Shown in pieces: positions 61,401 to 64,000 of a DNA stretch of 64,000 nucleotides; position 1 is the first letter of the stretch; the number at the start of each line of letters is the position of its first letter. The notes below the pieces were generated by a model. The model was not told the origin of the DNA and did no database searches. It saw only the letters and a list, made by a program, of their open reading frames with translations. A program made the translations under genes and the position numbers. The stretch comes from Paragordius varius (Eukaryota > Animalia > Nematomorpha), in the NCBI GenBank assembly GCA_964247055.1, contig OZ176054.1, forward strand, positions 12,834,001 to 12,898,000, given 5' to 3'.

Positions 61401-62815
61401 CTTAATAAAAAAATTATTTGTCTTTATGTTTCTACGTTTTGTCCGCATAACTTATTTCATTTATACTCTCAGTTTATAACTTTAAACCATTTTTATCAAT
61501 GTATTCTTTGGCTAATCCAAAATCAACGACCCATATAATTCCTTCAGTACCGTTAGCCCGCTTCCCAATCAAAAAATTTTCGGGTTTCACATCCCGATAA
61601 ACTAACCCATAATAATGTATAAATTCGATTCGATTTATCAATTGTATAGCAATCATAATCACCGTTTTAAGACTAAATTGTTTATTGCAGTACAGAAATA
61701 GGTCTTGCAGACTGGGTCCTAACAAGTCCATCACCATAACGCGATAGGAACCACAGTGACCAAAATAATATACGCGGGGTATGCCTTCGGCATATATCCC
61801 ATACCTAAAATAGAAATAGTTGAGGAAGAAAAAAACACCGTTTAAATTACAGTAAAAATTAAAATTATAAAATCAACGAAAATATAAAAAAGACTACCAA
61901 CCGCCATACTTTTCTTTACTTCTTTTAATATTTATAGTTTTGGGCCGTGAAATTTGGAATAGAAATGTAAATTAGTGACACTCTCAAATATACATTAAAA
62001 TCTTAACAATTAGGCTGTCCAAAAAATACTAACGGTTAAAAACTATGTCTGTCACACAAAAAATATTTTTAATATTGTCAACGAGAACGAATATTTTATG
62101 TTAAAATAATAATTTGTATTCTCGTAAAATTTATTGAATCAAACTATATCCAAAATTTTCGATACATGAGAGTATCTTTTTCAATGGATTAACTAAAATA
62201 AAAGAAAATAATAATAAGATTAATTAAAACAAATTTGAAAAATATAATTATAAATTATGATAACATAAAAAATGCAAAGTGGTGTGCATGTGTTATTGTT
62301 TTTTCCTTGGTGTGGTAAATATTTTGAAATAGTCTGTTTCTTTTAGGAAGTCTTTTGTGACTATATTTTTCTTTATTTACGTTTTGTCACTTATATTAAT
62401 TTTAAATGTTAATAGAAAGATTAAATTTTTTTTACTATAAGTTCTTAAGTTAAATATTCTACCTTTCATCCTGGTGCAGTCGACTGTACAATTCATATTC
62501 CCGTTTTAGTTGTGGGATTTCAGCATTTCCTGCCTCAATCTTTATGGCAGCTAAAGTGTTTGTAGCTATATGGATACAATATCGCAGTTCACCGAACGTA
62601 CCCGAACCAATATGCTGAGCTATTTGATATAAATTTGGGTAATTTTTTATGTTGGCGCCGTTTGATTTGGAAAAACGATCAACACCAACTATACGACCCT
62701 GTAATTTGTCTTTTCCGCCACCATGGTGAGTTTCGGAGGAATTGATATTAACGCTATTATTGGAATATTTAGCTCCTATGTTGTAATAAGGGTCCTCCGT
62801 TTTCCCGGGACTCAT
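58410..62815 (-). CDS. CSNK1G: Casein kinase I gamma (gilgamesh-type), 6 exons, ~554 aa
   Basis: Exons 62815-62463, 61804-61488, 61132-60974, 60610-60255, 59712-59408, 58584-58410; phase-consistent. Motifs [90 protein letters not shown] and terminal LCICFRP (Cys palmitoylation-type motif) indicate the gamma isoform. Confidence 0.95.
58745..59005. mobile_element. MITE family A in CK1g intron 5
   Basis: AATTATACGGACAAAATGTAAAA ... TTTTACGTTTTGTTTGTATC. Confidence 0.72.
60055..60231. mobile_element. Short hAT-like MITE related to the 22232-23853 element, in CK1g intron 4
   Basis: Right end GGTTCGAAGCCCTG, degenerate left end AAGGGCTTGGACCC; internal GGAACCACCCCGGTTTCC matches the reverse complement of 23815-23833; no clear TSD. 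Confidence 0.65.
60667..60954. mobile_element. MITE family A in CK1g intron 3
   Basis: TA|CACTAATCATTGAAATTATACGGAC ... TTTGTCTCTATAATTTCAGTTTTTACTG|TA. Confidence 0.82.
61189..61468. mobile_element. MITE family A in CK1g intron 2
   Basis: TA|CAGTAAAAATGAAATTAAACAGACAAAAACG ... CGTTTTGTCCGCATAAC. Confidence 0.8.
61850..62405. mobile_element. MITE family A in CK1g intron 1, enlarged/decayed
   Basis: TA|CAGTAAAAATTAAAATTATA left end; degenerate right arm TTTACGTTTTGTCAC near 62380. Confidence 0.55.
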
Positions 62816-64000
62816 GATTTGAAATATTAATATTTAATTTTATCGATTACACATTAGGGTTCAAGTTAATGAATCTTGTTTGAAGATAATTTCTTTTTTC
62901 TAAAAGTTAAAGCCGGTGCCCGAAAAAAAGTTTTTTGCCAAATGAAAAGTAGATTATAATACTAATAAAAATCACACTAATATCAGTTATAGTAAAAAAG
63001 AAATCATTTGACAATAATGCTATGTCGCGGTTTTAACAATCACGTAAATTTGATTTTGTGATTTATTTTTATTATGTACATATTTTTTTATATTTATTTT
63101 GGATTTGATATTTTCATTTATTTTTATTAGCGTATCTTTATATGCATAAAAATTGATCATATAGGTAGACCTTACCCTTCTTATGTATTTATTATCAATA
63201 AATATAAATAGTTACTTTTTCATTTGTGTAATGTATCAAAAAAATAAGTATATATAAAACAATAAATTTTGGGTAATTCGTATTCTTTTGAGAATTATGG
63301 TTTGATCTAAGAGTGATTCTAAAAAATTGGCGATCTTCAATTTAATTTAATGCGTAAATTTATGAATCGATATCAATCCGTCGGAAATTTTAATTTGAAT
63401 GGCGCTTTTAGTTTGGTTACGAGTTATTTAACAGAGTGTATGATTTTTTTCATACCCAAAATTAAAAATCGAAAATTTCACACAAATTATGTTATCCACT
63501 TATTGAAATGGAAGTAGGGAAAATTCGGAAGTACAAACACAAAAGAGCTATGATGGCTGGTATAAGTTTTGTTGTATAATTAAGTAATTTTTTATATTAC
63601 TTTGCCGTGAAAATAATTTAGCAATAAATCAGCTTATAAATTTGGAAATTAAACTCGGCATATATGGGTAGCATGTGAGGAAATTTTACATCATTTACAT
63701 TTTTTCATACACTTTAACCTCGCTAGTGTATATTCGTTTCTATTCTTTACAAAAATAATAAATAATCCCTTTACAATGTGAGTAAGAACAACGAAAAAAG
63801 TGATACTTGCCTAACATATTTATTTTGTGCCTCAAAATGCGAATAAATGAAGTTGAAAAAGAGAGGTGTGGTTTCAAAAAAAATTTTTTTTTAACCTAAT
63901 TTGATTACTAATGTTAATAGGTGAAAAGTAATATAATCAATTTCCGTATAATTATTTTATCACGTACATTACATAATGGTTAAAACCTAAAAGTTGAATC

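Noticed and set aside
43050-62462. Family A as an intron-creating (Introner-type) element
   Set aside because: Element ends never coincide with splice sites (roughly 19-200 nt away), and several host introns sit at repeat-homologous positions shared with MITE-free introns, so the introns predate the insertions.
26834-62815. Wnt plus CK1gamma as a Wnt-pathway gene cluster
   Set aside because: They are 27 kb apart with three unrelated genes between; no shared regulatory signal is visible; chance linkage is sufficient.

Overview
Very AT-rich eukaryotic (bilaterian invertebrate) genomic DNA, standard genetic code, GT-AG introns; the species cannot be determined from the sequence. By splicing across the ORF track by hand I reconstruct six protein-coding genes: Polycomb/CBX (+, 8293-12432, 4 exons, ~967 aa), a Wnt ligand best matching Wnt2 (+, 26834-31191, 5 exons, ~595 aa), an unidentified Asn/His/Ser-rich protein (-, 31556-34741), an intronless allatostatin-A/galanin-type GPCR (-, 37389-39689), a GRIP-type multi-PDZ scaffold (-, 15 or more exons, ~42.5-49.0 kb, 5' end unresolved) and casein kinase 1 gamma (-, 58410-62815, 6 exons, ~554 aa). 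Non-coding DNA is dense with non-autonomous DNA transposons (MITEs). One ~280-bp TA|CAGTA...TACTG|TA family has ~22 near-full copies and occupies 10 of 19 GRIP/CK1g introns; there are also a foldback family with 21-bp subterminal repeats, a 120-170-bp hairpin family, hAT-like elements with 8-bp TSDs and a probable decayed LINE fragment. No transposase, tRNA, rRNA or CRISPR was found. The best leads are hairpin MITEs centred in otherwise minimal introns (with possible exonisation), an atypical +4U-rich, +5G-poor splice-donor profile, a Wnt with furin-site-bracketed insertions and a C-terminal tail, a DRY->IRY receptor, and a degenerate sixth PDZ in GRIP. All exon models are manual and unverified by RNA data; coordinates of degenerate repeats are approximate.
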